Origin: Candidatus Aminicenantes bacterium
GTDB lineage: Bacteria > Acidobacteriota > Aminicenantia > Aminicenantales > Saccharicenantaceae
DNA: 57,699 nucleotides
Assembly: GCA_002877915.1 (NCBI GenBank)
Contig: PNJE01000079.1
Location: 1 to 57,699 of the forward strand
Reading direction: 5' to 3'
Every line of letters starts with the position of its first letter. Within the stretch, counting starts at the first letter, position 1. Position numbers and translations under genes: made by a program. The notes below the pieces were generated by a model. It was not told the origin of the DNA and made no database searches. It worked only from the letters and a program-made list of their open reading frames with translations. This document shows positions 10,508 to 19,206 of the stretch, piece by piece.

Positions 10508-10927
10508 TCATCGAAAATCCTTTAGAAATAGAGGCCGGATTTTAGCCTCTTCTTCTTCCAGGCCCTGAAAATGCTCGAAGCCCAAAAGATGGAGAAACCC
10601 GTGAATTGATAAGATGGCGATTTCTCGCTCTACTGAATGTCCTTTTTCCCTCGCTTGTCTCTGGGCTATCGCCGGGCAAATAACAATGTCACCTAAATAA
10701 AATTTACCGTCGGGGGCTTTTTCTTTTAGGCCGAAGCTGAGAACATCAGTCGGCTTGTTCCGTCGCCGGTATTTTTTATTGAGATTCTGAATGGTTTTGG
10801 GGCCAACGAAAATTAAACTCAATTCTGCCCCCCGAAGTTTATAACGCCTTTCGAGTTCTTCCAGCATTACTTTAAGTTTTTTTGTCGGGGCTGGTTTTTT
10901 CTTCAGTTGATTGATAATCGTAACCAT
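10508..10927 (-). CDS. ybeY: rRNA maturation endoribonuclease YbeY
   Basis: PTDVLSF, YLGDIVI and HGFLHLLGFEH motifs. The likely start is MVTIINQ at 10927; the ORF-track extension is a shadow of the upstream gene. Confidence 0.93.
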   Translation of the reverse strand: MVTIINQLKKKPAPTKKLKVMLEELERRYKLRGAELSLIFVGPKTIQNLNKKYRRRNKPTDVLSFGLKEKAPDGKFYLGDIVICPAIAQRQAREKGHSVEREIAILSIHGFLHLLGFEHFQGLEEEEAKIRPLFLKDFR

Positions 10928-13262
10928 TGTTCTTTTTATTTCCTTCTTTCTTTTCTTCTTTTTTTTCTTCCTTCTTTTCAAAATCGAAACCAGGATAGCT
11001 TGGTCGGGGATGGTAAATAGCATAAAGGGTTGACAGGAAGGAATTGGCAATAATCCTTAGGTCTTTAAGAGAAAACCCGCAGTCATCCAGCTGGCCATCC
11101 TGAAGGTGGGCATTAAAAATCTCGATAATAACCCTTTTCAGATTTTGACGCGTGGGTGATTTAAGGCTTCTGGTGGCGGCCTCTACTGAATCGGCCAGAA
11201 GAATTAGCCCGGCCTCCTTGCTTCTTGGGGTTGGGCCGGGATAACGATAATCCTCAGCTTCAATCTTATGGAGCTCCGGGTCATATTTTTCTTGGGCTTT
11301 CTGAAAGAAATATCGGACAATTGAAGTCCCGTGATGCTGGCGAATAATTTCAGTTATCCGGCGGGGCAACTTGAGCTTCTTAGCCATATCAACTCCATCT
11401 TTTACATGGTTGGTAATGACCAGCGTGCTCAGAGAAGGAGTTAGTTCTCGATGCAGATCATACCCGGGATTTTGATTTTCACTGAAATACTCTGGCCTTT
11501 TCAGTTTGCCGATATCATGATATAGTCCGCCGGCTTTTACTAAAAGAGGATCAGCCTTGATTTCTTCGGCTGCTTTTTCAGCCAGGGCGGCGACAATTAG
11601 AGAATGATGGTAAGTGCCTGGAGCTTCAAGGGCCATCTGCCGGAAAATCGGACGATCAGAATTAGTCAGTTCATTAAGTTTAGTTGGAGTTAAAAACCCG
11701 AAAGACATTTCAAAAGCCGGACTCAGGACAAAAGCCACGGCAGCACTGAGTAACCCACCGGTCAAGCTGCCGAAAATTTCGGTGGTAAGAGAGGAAAAAT
11801 TTCCGAAACTTTGCTGAATTAAATGAATAATGATAACCAGGATCACCTGGAAAGGAGCCAGAACCATCACCCCGGTTTTAAAGAGGGCACCCCGGGCTGA
11901 GGAGATATAGACTCTCATTCCATAAATTACCGCCAGACCGCCGAGGAGAGCAAATATAAAGACGAAATAATCGCCGTGAAGCAGATAAGCAGCCAGCAGA
12001 CTATTGATTACTGTGTAAACAATGGAGATCTCAGTCGAACTCATAAAAGCAAAAAGAAAAGTTCCAAACTGGAAGGGAAAGGCATAGGTCAGGGCGTCCT
12101 TTTCCAAAGAAATTATTGACAGGGAGCTTTCCAGAGATTCAGCTATGAATAGGCTGGCTTTATAAGCTAAAAAGCTAAGCAAAAGAGTTACGCCCATCAT
12201 TCCCAGAATGGATAGTTTATTTTCTTCTCTGGCCGCTGAATTGATAAATTGCCAGGTAAAAAAGAAAATAACAGAATATAAAACCATCAGCCCGAAAAAG
12301 TTGATTAACCAGTGCGGCTGGCTGCTTATTTTTTGGTTGATTAGAATAATTTGCTTTATGGTTTCAGCGGTGGCTTCATCACCCTTACGAATGATTACTT
12401 TTCCCTTCTTGATGGTATAAGAAACCGGTTCCACTGAGTTTCTGGCCCTAAGGCGGCGAAGGTCAGTTTCAGCCTGGTCGTAGTTGATAGTTGGAGAAAG
12501 AAAAGCCGGAGCCAGGACTTTAAGAAGGTTCTTAGTCCTAATAGGAAGCTCTAAATTATTTATTTCTGAAACCAATAGATTTCTGGCTTCTTTTAGTTCC
12601 AGGACCTCTCCAGCTTTAATTAGTTTTTCTTCTTTTCCTCTAATTATCAACAATCCTTTTTCGATTTCGCCGTGAGTTAATAGGCTTCGGGAAAGGATTA
12701 TTTCCTGAGAGAGAATGGGAGTCAGGATATCTGATAAAAGCTGTTCCAGGTCGGCTGGAAATTTTAATCTAATTAGGGAAGCAAAAATATTTTCATCTAA
12801 GTCAATACCCAGGTTTTCCGAAAAGTTTTTAGACATTTCCTTGGCGCTAATGGCTGGGTTAGAAGCAAGTAGCGCTCTTCCTGATTCAAAGAATTGTTTT
12901 ATTTTTTCGCTGGCACTGGAGATTATCTTTTGGTTATAAAAATAAACTGGAGGTATAGCCTCTTCCGCCTGGGCTTTCCTTTTTTCAGTTGCTTGGGCAT
13001 CTTCCACCGTCAATTCAATTGGAGAAATTAAGTCCTTGGTGGCTATTTCTCCCACCTGAATCATGGGCAAAGGCCTCATCGGGAAGAAGGAGATAAGGAA
13101 AGAGATAATCGCCGCAAAAAGTATTATGAAAAAAGCTGGAGAAATTAAAATTCTCTTAAACCAGGATTTTCTTTCTTCCTCGGTTTTTTCCAATTTTCTC
13201 TGACCGGGTAAGATTTCATCGCTTTTAAAAAGGCGTAACTTCCGAAATTGGATGACTTTCAT
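10872..13262 (-). CDS. 7TM-HD (HDIG) phosphohydrolase, PgpH-like cyclic di-nucleotide phosphodiesterase
   Basis: Extracytoplasmic 7TMR-HDED region, 7 TMs, and EAPGTYHHS, YHDIGK, HHGT, LADSVEAA motifs; typical position between phoH and ybeY. Confidence 0.88.
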   Translation of the reverse strand: MKVIQFRKLRLFKSDEILPGQRKLEKTEEERKSWFKRILISPAFFIILFAAIISFLISFFPMRPLPMIQVGEIATKDLISPIELTVEDAQATEKRKAQAEEAIPPVYFYNQKIISSASEKIKQFFESGRALLASNPAISAKEMSKNFSENLGIDLDENIFASLIRLKFPADLEQLLSDILTPILSQEIILSRSLLTHGEIEKGLLIIRGKEEKLIKAGEVLELKEARNLLVSEINNLELPIRTKNLLKVLAPAFLSPTINYDQAETDLRRLRARNSVEPVSYTIKKGKVIIRKGDEATAETIKQIILINQKISSQPHWLINFFGLMVLYSVIFFFTWQFINSAAREENKLSILGMMGVTLLLSFLAYKASLFIAESLESSLSIISLEKDALTYAFPFQFGTFLFAFMSSTEISIVYTVINSLLAAYLLHGDYFVFIFALLGGLAVIYGMRVYISSARGALFKTGVMVLAPFQVILVIIIHLIQQSFGNFSSLTTEIFGSLTGGLLSAAVAFVLSPAFEMSFGFLTPTKLNELTNSDRPIFRQMALEAPGTYHHSLIVAALAEKAAEEIKADPLLVKAGGLYHDIGKLKRPEYFSENQNPGYDLHRELTPSLSTLVITNHVKDGVDMAKKLKLPRRITEIIRQHHGTSIVRYFFQKAQEKYDPELHKIEAEDYRYPGPTPRSKEAGLILLADSVEAATRSLKSPTRQNLKRVIIEIFNAHLQDGQLDDCGFSLKDLRIIANSFLSTLYAIYHPRPSYPGFDFEKKEEKKEEKKEGNKKNNGYDYQSTEEKTSPDKKT

Positions 13263-13269
13263 TGGCTAT

Positions 13270-14214
13270 TTATATATTTCCGGATTCGGCTTTCGCGTAG
13301 GCTCTAATTATTTTCCCAACCAACGGATGGCGGACGACATCTTTCTCGGTGAAGTAAACAAAAGCCACTTCTTTTATCGCCGAGAGAACCTTAATCGCCT
13401 GAAGGACCCCTGACTTCCGCGGTTGGGGGAGATCAATCTGAGTAATATCAGCTGTCACCACCAGCTTGGAATCGAAGCCTAACCTCGTCAGAATCATTTT
13501 CATCTGCTCTCTGGTGGTATTCTGAGCCTCATCTAAAATGATAAAGGCACTATTAAGCGTCCTTCCCCTCATATAGGCCAGAGGAGCAATTTCTATTATT
13601 CCTTTTTCGACCAGCCTATTGGCCTGTTCATAAGGAGAAAGGTCAAATAAAGCATCGTAAAGAGGCCTTAGATAGGGATTAATTTTTTGAAACATGTCTC
13701 CTGGGAGAAAGCCCAGCCTTTCCCCGGCCTCTACTGCCGGCCTGGTTAGAATAATCCGGTTGACCTGTTTGCTTTGGAGATAGGAAAGAGCCATAGCCAT
13801 GGCCAAATAGGTCTTGCCGGTTCCAGCCGGCCCGATACCAAAAACCAAATCATAATTTTTGATGGCCACTAAATATTCCTGCTGGTTAAGGCTTTTGGGA
13901 GAAACCGATTTCCGCTGAAGATATAAGGGTTCACTGGGCTCATACTCTTCCAGCCGACCCGGATTTTCTTCTAATAGGTCAAGAGCGATATGGAAATCTT
14001 CTTCCCGCAAATTATAGCCTTTATCCTCCAGCTCCTGAATTTTTTCAAAATATTTTCTGGCAAATTCAACCTTATCGGGTTGGCCATCCAAAATCAGCTT
14101 ATCGCCCCGGACAGATAAATTTACTCCTAAGCGATTTTCCAAGCGCTTCAGGTTTTTATCGAGAACTCCAAAAAAGGAAATCCGGCGAATATAAGGGTGG
14201 GATACTTTTTCCAT
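13270..14214 (-). CDS. phoH: PhoH-like ATPase
   Basis: GPAGTGKTYLA, RPAVEAGERLGFLPG, RGRTL, DEAQN and VVRHPLV motifs. Confidence 0.95.
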   Translation of the reverse strand: MEKVSHPYIRRISFFGVLDKNLKRLENRLGVNLSVRGDKLILDGQPDKVEFARKYFEKIQELEDKGYNLREEDFHIALDLLEENPGRLEEYEPSEPLYLQRKSVSPKSLNQQEYLVAIKNYDLVFGIGPAGTGKTYLAMAMALSYLQSKQVNRIILTRPAVEAGERLGFLPGDMFQKINPYLRPLYDALFDLSPYEQANRLVEKGIIEIAPLAYMRGRTLNSAFIILDEAQNTTREQMKMILTRLGFDSKLVVTADITQIDLPQPRKSGVLQAIKVLSAIKEVAFVYFTEKDVVRHPLVGKIIRAYAKAESGNI

Positions 14215-14279
14215 CTTAAGGGGTAAGTTAACTCTCTCCGTTTTCAGAATGCATTATTATCTTATCAGATAGCAAAAAA

Positions 14280-14308
14280 ATTAAATCACGGATAGCCTTT
14301 TTTGTCAA
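14280..14308 (-). promoter_or_regulatory. Sigma70-type promoter for the phoH operon
   Basis: TTGACA-17 nt-TTTAAT with an extended TG on the minus strand. Confidence 0.6.
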
Positions 14309-14324
14309 GAAAGCTAAATGAGCG

Positions 14325-14682
14325 TGTTCCACAATAATCAAAATCAGACCTTAGGTAAAAAACATAAGTAGACTAAAAGTAGACGTTAGGGGGAGCGTCT
14401 GTGGTAGAACCGAGATCAGAGAGGATGTTCTGCCACGATGAAAAATCAACTTCATAAGTGCTTACCATTGGAGTGTATTAGAGACAGGAATTTTAGCTTC
14501 CAGAGAAGGCGGTACAAGTTAAGAGAGCTGGCAAGCGATAAAATTACCGTGGCCCTTATTCCAAAAAAGAAACTTTATGTCCTGAAAAATAATCGGAAAG
14601 TAGCCGAGTTCCCGATATAGATTTTCCCCTGACGTCTACTTTTGATCTTTACAAAATGTCAACTTTTGATTTTTACGGAAAA
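14325..14682. mobile_element. Non-autonomous IS remnant/MITE (IS481/IS1202-ISNCY-like ends) carrying a transposase C-terminal fragment
   Basis: 17/18-bp inverted repeat AAAAGTAGACGTTAGGGG (14375-14392) / CCCCTGACGTCTACTTTT (14626-14643). Weaker IR homology extends to TGTTCC (14325) and GGAAAA (14682), with repeated (C)AAAAGT(A/T)GAC subterminal motifs. Confidence 0.65.
14438..14620 (+). pseudogene. Fragment resembling the C-terminal beta domain of a DDE transposase
   Basis: RDRNFSFQRRRYKL...ITVALIP...LYVLKNNRKVAEFPI lies between the inverted repeats, and its stop is 5 bp from the right IR. The family assignment is by eye. Confidence 0.45.
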
Positions 14683-14746
14683 CTGCAAGTAGGAAGCCGT
14701 TGAAAAATCTGATTATATGTTATATAAGATTATTTCAGGAGGAAAA

Positions 14747-14962
14747 ATGGAAAAAGAATTTACCTCGGTTTCTATTCCTACTTCGCTTTATAAGAAAATT
14801 GAAGAAAAAATAAAAGGAACGGAGATTAGCTCGGTTTCCAGCTATGTTACCAAGGTTTTAAGAGAAAGCTTATCCAAAGATGAAGAGAATAAGGAGGTCT
14901 TCACGGCTGAAGAAGAAGAAAAAATCAAGGAAAAGTTAAAAGCCCTGGGATACATAGACTGA
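14747..14962 (+). CDS. Ribbon-helix-helix (CopG-like) small protein with an EEEEKIKEKLKALGYID tail
   Basis: AGGAGG SD before ATG 14747; beta-strand TSVSIP followed by two helices (SLYKKIEEK, SVSSYVTKVLRESL). Confidence 0.8.
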   Translation: MEKEFTSVSIPTSLYKKIEEKIKGTEISSVSSYVTKVLRESLSKDEENKEVFTAEEEEKIKEKLKALGYID

Positions 14963-15002
14963 CCTGTCTTTCGCTTTTTTTGACCCTCGGAAGGAGAAAA
15001 TT

Positions 15003-16151
15003 ATGATTGCCCCACATGGTGGTCGCTTAGTTAATCGGCTTCTGCCTGAAAATAAAAAAGAAGAAGTTTTGGAAAAATTGAAATACCTGCCGACTATAAT
15101 TATCGATTCGGACGTTGTTTCTGAGGTAGAAAATATCGGCACGGGGGTTTATTCACCACTGGAAGGATTTTTGAATAAACCCGATTTTGATGGCGTTTTG
15201 AGCCAGATGAGGCTCAGTAATGACCTGCCTTGGACCATTCCAATTATCCTGGATGTCGATTCCGAGATGGCCGGAAAAATTAAAATTGGTCAGGAATTAG
15301 CCTTGCTGGACGAAAGCCGCCACCCGGTAGCAATTCTAACAGTCGAAGATAAATACACTTATGATCGGGAAGATTTAGTTAAAAAAGTTTTCGGGACAGA
15401 TGATCCGCGGCATCCGGGAGTGGCTCAGGTCTTTAAAATGAAAGATGTTCTTCTGGGTGGCAAAATTGACCTGATAGAGCTTCTTCCCACTCCTTACGAT
15501 CGGTATCGTTTATCTCCAAAAGAAACCAGGATTCTTTTCAAGGAGAAAGGGTGGAGGACAGTGGTTGGTTTTCAAACCAGAAACACACCTCACCTTGGTC
15601 ATGAATATGTGCAAAAGACCGCTTTGACTTTCACTGATGGCCTGTTTATAAATCCAGTAATCGGTCGGAAAAAAAAGGGTGATTTTAAAGACGAAGTAAT
15701 TCTGGCCTCATATGAAGAGTTGATTAAACATTATTACCTTAAAGATCGAGCGGTCATGGCTATCCTGAAAATGGAGATGCGCTATGCCGGACCTCGGGAG
15801 GCTATTCACCATGCGATCATCCGCAAAAATTTTGGTTGCACTCATATAATTATCGGCCGGGATCATGCTGGGGTCGGCAATTATTATCCTCCTTATGCCG
15901 CCCAGGAAATCTTTGAAGAATTCCCGGACCTGGGAATTGTGCCTCTTTTTTTTAAATCGTTTTTTTTCTGCAAAAAATGCAATTCCATTGAGAATGAAAA
16001 GACCTGCCCTCATGACCCATCCAACCATGTTCAGTTTTCTGGCACCAGAATCAGAGATCTTTTGTTAAAGGGAGAAGTGCCACCGCCAGAGCTGATGCGG
16101 CCAGAAGTGGCTAAGATTATCCTGTCATTTTCTAATCCTTTTAATGATTAG
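15003..16151 (+). CDS. sat: Sulfate adenylyltransferase (Sat-type ATP sulfurylase)
   Basis: PHGGRLVNR, SPLEGF, FQTRNTPHLGHEY, MRYAGPREA, GRDHAGVG, and Zn-site CKKC...CPH. Confidence 0.96.
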   Translation: MIAPHGGRLVNRLLPENKKEEVLEKLKYLPTIIIDSDVVSEVENIGTGVYSPLEGFLNKPDFDGVLSQMRLSNDLPWTIPIILDVDSEMAGKIKIGQELALLDESRHPVAILTVEDKYTYDREDLVKKVFGTDDPRHPGVAQVFKMKDVLLGGKIDLIELLPTPYDRYRLSPKETRILFKEKGWRTVVGFQTRNTPHLGHEYVQKTALTFTDGLFINPVIGRKKKGDFKDEVILASYEELIKHYYLKDRAVMAILKMEMRYAGPREAIHHAIIRKNFGCTHIIIGRDHAGVGNYYPPYAAQEIFEEFPDLGIVPLFFKSFFFCKKCNSIENEKTCPHDPSNHVQFSGTRIRDLLLKGEVPPPELMRPEVAKIILSFSNPFND

Positions 16152-16191
16152 GCTGATTATAAAAATAAAATTTTAGAGAAAGGCTACTGAT

Positions 16192-17577
16192 TTGAACAAA
16201 ACTGATAAAGGAAAAAGGCTTCTGGTAATTGGTCTCGATTGTGCTCCGCCGAGCTTGGTTTTTGATCGAGCTTCAGAGCTGCCCAACCTTAAAAAATTGA
16301 TGGATGGCGGAATTTGGGGAAAGCTCCGCAGCAGCGATCCCCCGATTACTATTCCCGCCTGGATGGTTATGGCTACCGGACGGGACCCTGGCCGCCTTGG
16401 GCTTTATGGCTTCAGGCATCGCCGTGGTTATGATTACAGCAAGATGTGGATAGCCAATTCCACCGCCATCAAGGAAAAGGCAGTTTGGGATTATCTCGGG
16501 GAACAGGGGAAAGAAAGCATTCTGGTTAGCGTTCCACCGAGCTATCCACCTCGACCGGTCGTTGGAAAGCTTATCTCCTGCTTTATAACTCCTTCCAAAG
16601 AGCAGTCCTACACCTTTCCTCCAGAACTTCGAACTGAAATAGAAAAGCGTTTTGGAGGCTTTATTTTCGACGTGGTCTTTCGCACCCAGGATCGGGCTCA
16701 AGTACTTAAAGAAATTTACCAGATGACCGAAAATCACTTCCAGGTGGTAAATTATCTTCTTGAAGATGAAAACTGGAGGCTATTCTGGCTGGTGGAAATT
16801 GGCGTTGATCGGATGCATCATGCCTTCTGGAAATTTATGGACAAAAATCACCATCTTTATCAGCCTGGTAATCCCTTTGAGTCGGCCATTTATGATTACT
16901 ACAAATTTCTCGATGACCACATTGGCCGGTTGTTGGAAAAGATAGATGACAGGACGGCCGTTTTAATTGTCTCTGACCATGGGGCCAAGGGAATGAAAGG
17001 GGCTTTTTGCGTGAATGATTGGTTGATTGCCCAGGGAGACTTGGTGATAACCGAACCACCTCAGCGAGGTCAAAGTATTGATCAAATTAAAATCGATTGG
17101 AGCAAAACTAAAGCCTGGGGGTGGGGAGGATATTATGCCCGTATTTTCTTGAATGTTGAGGGCCGGGAACCACAGGGAATAATAAAACCTGAAGATTATG
17201 AAGCCTACCGAGATGACCTGGTTTACCGGCTTAAAGAGATCAAAGGACCAAACGGAGAAAAATGGAATACCGTGGTCATTAAGCCTCAGGAACATTACCC
17301 GGAACTCAATGGAGAATATCCTGACCTGATGGTTTATTTTGATGATTTATACTGGCGTTCAGCCGGAACTCTTGGTTATGGTACTTTATATCTACAGGAA
17401 AATGATACTGGTCCCGATGATGCGGTTCATGATTACGATGGAATCTATATCCTGTATGATCCGGAAAACACTGCTCACCGGCAGAAAAATGCCAACATTC
17501 TGGATATTGCTCCTACCATTCTCCACCTGTTGGATGGACCGGAGGTTCCCGGGCTTAGAGGTCGGATTATCGAGTGA
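16192..17577 (+). CDS. Type I phosphodiesterase/nucleotide pyrophosphatase-like alkaline phosphatase superfamily protein (cytoplasmic)
   Basis: GLDCA, PPITIPAW (Thr nucleophile region), GVDRMHH, VSDHG and DIAPTIL; no signal peptide. Confidence 0.85.
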   Translation: MNKTDKGKRLLVIGLDCAPPSLVFDRASELPNLKKLMDGGIWGKLRSSDPPITIPAWMVMATGRDPGRLGLYGFRHRRGYDYSKMWIANSTAIKEKAVWDYLGEQGKESILVSVPPSYPPRPVVGKLISCFITPSKEQSYTFPPELRTEIEKRFGGFIFDVVFRTQDRAQVLKEIYQMTENHFQVVNYLLEDENWRLFWLVEIGVDRMHHAFWKFMDKNHHLYQPGNPFESAIYDYYKFLDDHIGRLLEKIDDRTAVLIVSDHGAKGMKGAFCVNDWLIAQGDLVITEPPQRGQSIDQIKIDWSKTKAWGWGGYYARIFLNVEGREPQGIIKPEDYEAYRDDLVYRLKEIKGPNGEKWNTVVIKPQEHYPELNGEYPDLMVYFDDLYWRSAGTLGYGTLYLQENDTGPDDAVHDYDGIYILYDPENTAHRQKNANILDIAPTILHLLDGPEVPGLRGRIIE

Positions 17578-17683
17578 ATTTCAGGCAGTGGATAGGTCAG
17601 GCCTGAGGATGGGCCTGATTAGAATAAAAACTTAAAAATCGAAGTTATTAACCCCAAGGTAAATTGGAAAAAGGAGACCGCAG

Positions 17684-18229
17684 ATGTGTCAGGAACAAAA
17701 AGGTTTTACCCTTTGGTTCACCGGATTACCCTGTTCGGGTAAATCCGCTGTGGCTGATCGGGTGGCCGAAATCCTCCGTTCTCGGAATTTAAAAGTGGAA
17801 CGACTGGACGGAGATATTGTTCGTAAGAGTCTTTGCCGTGACCTGGGCTTTTCCCGCGAGCATCGTAACGAAAATATCAGGCGGGTGACTTTTGTGGCTA
17901 AGCTCTTGACCAGAAATGGCGTGGCGGTTCTAACCTCTTTTATTTCACCCTACCGAGAAATTCGGGATGAAGCCCGTCGGGAAATAGGAGAATTCATTGA
18001 GGTTTATGTAAAGTGTCCGCTGGAAGTGTGTATGGCCAGGGATGTCAAGGGAATGTATCAAAAAGCTATCAAGGGGGAAATTAAGGAATTTACCGGTATT
18101 TCTGATCCTTATGAAGAACCTCTTCAGCCAGAATTAGTCCTGGAAACCGATAAGGAAACTCTGGAAGAAAGCGCTCAAAAGGTCATTAATTGCCTGAAAA
18201 AGCTCGGTTATCTGGACCATAATTTTTAG
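17684..18229 (+). CDS. cysC: Adenylyl-sulfate (APS) kinase
   Basis: WFTGLPCSGKS, LDGDIVR, DLGFS, FISPYR, RDVKGMY and FTGISDPYEEP. Confidence 0.96.
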   Translation: MCQEQKGFTLWFTGLPCSGKSAVADRVAEILRSRNLKVERLDGDIVRKSLCRDLGFSREHRNENIRRVTFVAKLLTRNGVAVLTSFISPYREIRDEARREIGEFIEVYVKCPLEVCMARDVKGMYQKAIKGEIKEFTGISDPYEEPLQPELVLETDKETLEESAQKVINCLKKLGYLDHNF

Positions 18230-18237
18230 GGTTGCTC

Positions 18238-19191
18238 ATGCCTGAATATCAGAATTATTTAGTAACGGGAGGGGCTGGATTTATCGGCTCTCATCTGGTT
18301 GAAACTCTGGTCAGACGTGGCTGCCGGGTAAGGGTGCTGGACAATTTTTCTTCCGGAAAGGAAGAAAATCTAAAAGACTTTATTGACCGGATTGAACTCA
18401 TCAGGGGAGATATCAGAGACCGAAAGCTTTGTCTTAGAGCTAGCCGGGGAATGGAGGTTATCTTACACCAGGCCGCCCTGGCTTCCGTACCACGTTCGGT
18501 GGCTGAGCCATTAGTTGCCCACGAAATAAACCTTACTGGTACTCTGAACCTCCTTCTGGCGGCCTCCGAAGCCAAGGTTAAAAGTTTAGTTTTTGCTTCC
18601 TCTTCGGCTGTTTATGGTGATGACCCTGTTTTTCCCAAGAAGGAAGAGAGTCTGGGTAAGCCCCTTTCACCCTACGCCGCTCAAAAACTGGCTTCAGAAA
18701 AATATATTCAGGTTTTTAGCCTCCTTTATGGCTTTAATGCTGTTTGCCTGCGCTATTTTAATGTTTTTGGCCCGAGGCAGGATCCTCATTCTCAATATGC
18801 TGCTGCCATTCCCATTTTTATTACCAGGATGCTGGCGGGGAATCCTCCAATCATCTTTGGGGATGGCCAGCAATCCCGGGATTTTATTTACGTTGAAAAT
18901 GTTGTCAAAGCCACCCTCCTGGCTGCTGAAGCCGAAGGTTTCAGGGGTGAGGCCTTCAATATAGGTTCAGGCAGCCGAATAACGATTAATGAATTGGCGG
19001 ATAAAATTAATTCTTGCTTAAATCTATCTTTAAAACCTGTTTATGCCGAGCCTCGAGCGGGTGACATCAAGGAATCTTACGCCGATATCAGCCGAGCGGA
19101 AAAATTCCTTGGTTTTAAGCCCGAAATTGATTTTCTTAATGGTTTAAAATTGACTATAGAATGGTACAAAAAGGAGTCGAATAAATTGTAA
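18238..19191 (+). CDS. NAD-dependent NDP-sugar epimerase/dehydratase (WbpP/GalE-like SDR)
   Basis: TGGAGFIGSH, YAAQK (YxxxK), LRYFNVFGPRQDP and GDGQQSRDF. Confidence 0.92.
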   Translation: MPEYQNYLVTGGAGFIGSHLVETLVRRGCRVRVLDNFSSGKEENLKDFIDRIELIRGDIRDRKLCLRASRGMEVILHQAALASVPRSVAEPLVAHEINLTGTLNLLLAASEAKVKSLVFASSSAVYGDDPVFPKKEESLGKPLSPYAAQKLASEKYIQVFSLLYGFNAVCLRYFNVFGPRQDPHSQYAAAIPIFITRMLAGNPPIIFGDGQQSRDFIYVENVVKATLLAAEAEGFRGEAFNIGSGSRITINELADKINSCLNLSLKPVYAEPRAGDIKESYADISRAEKFLGFKPEIDFLNGLKLTIEWYKKESNKL

Positions 19192-19206
19192 ATAAATAGA
19201 GCTCGG

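Noticed and set aside
10928-11050. Poly-Lys N-terminal extension of YbeY in the ORF track
   Set aside because: It is an alternative-frame reading of the purine-rich KKEE tail of the 7TM-HD gene; the real start is 10927.
17595-17620. Hairpin between the AlkP gene and cysC as a terminator
   Set aside because: No U-tract follows; at most an mRNA-stabilising or processing stem.
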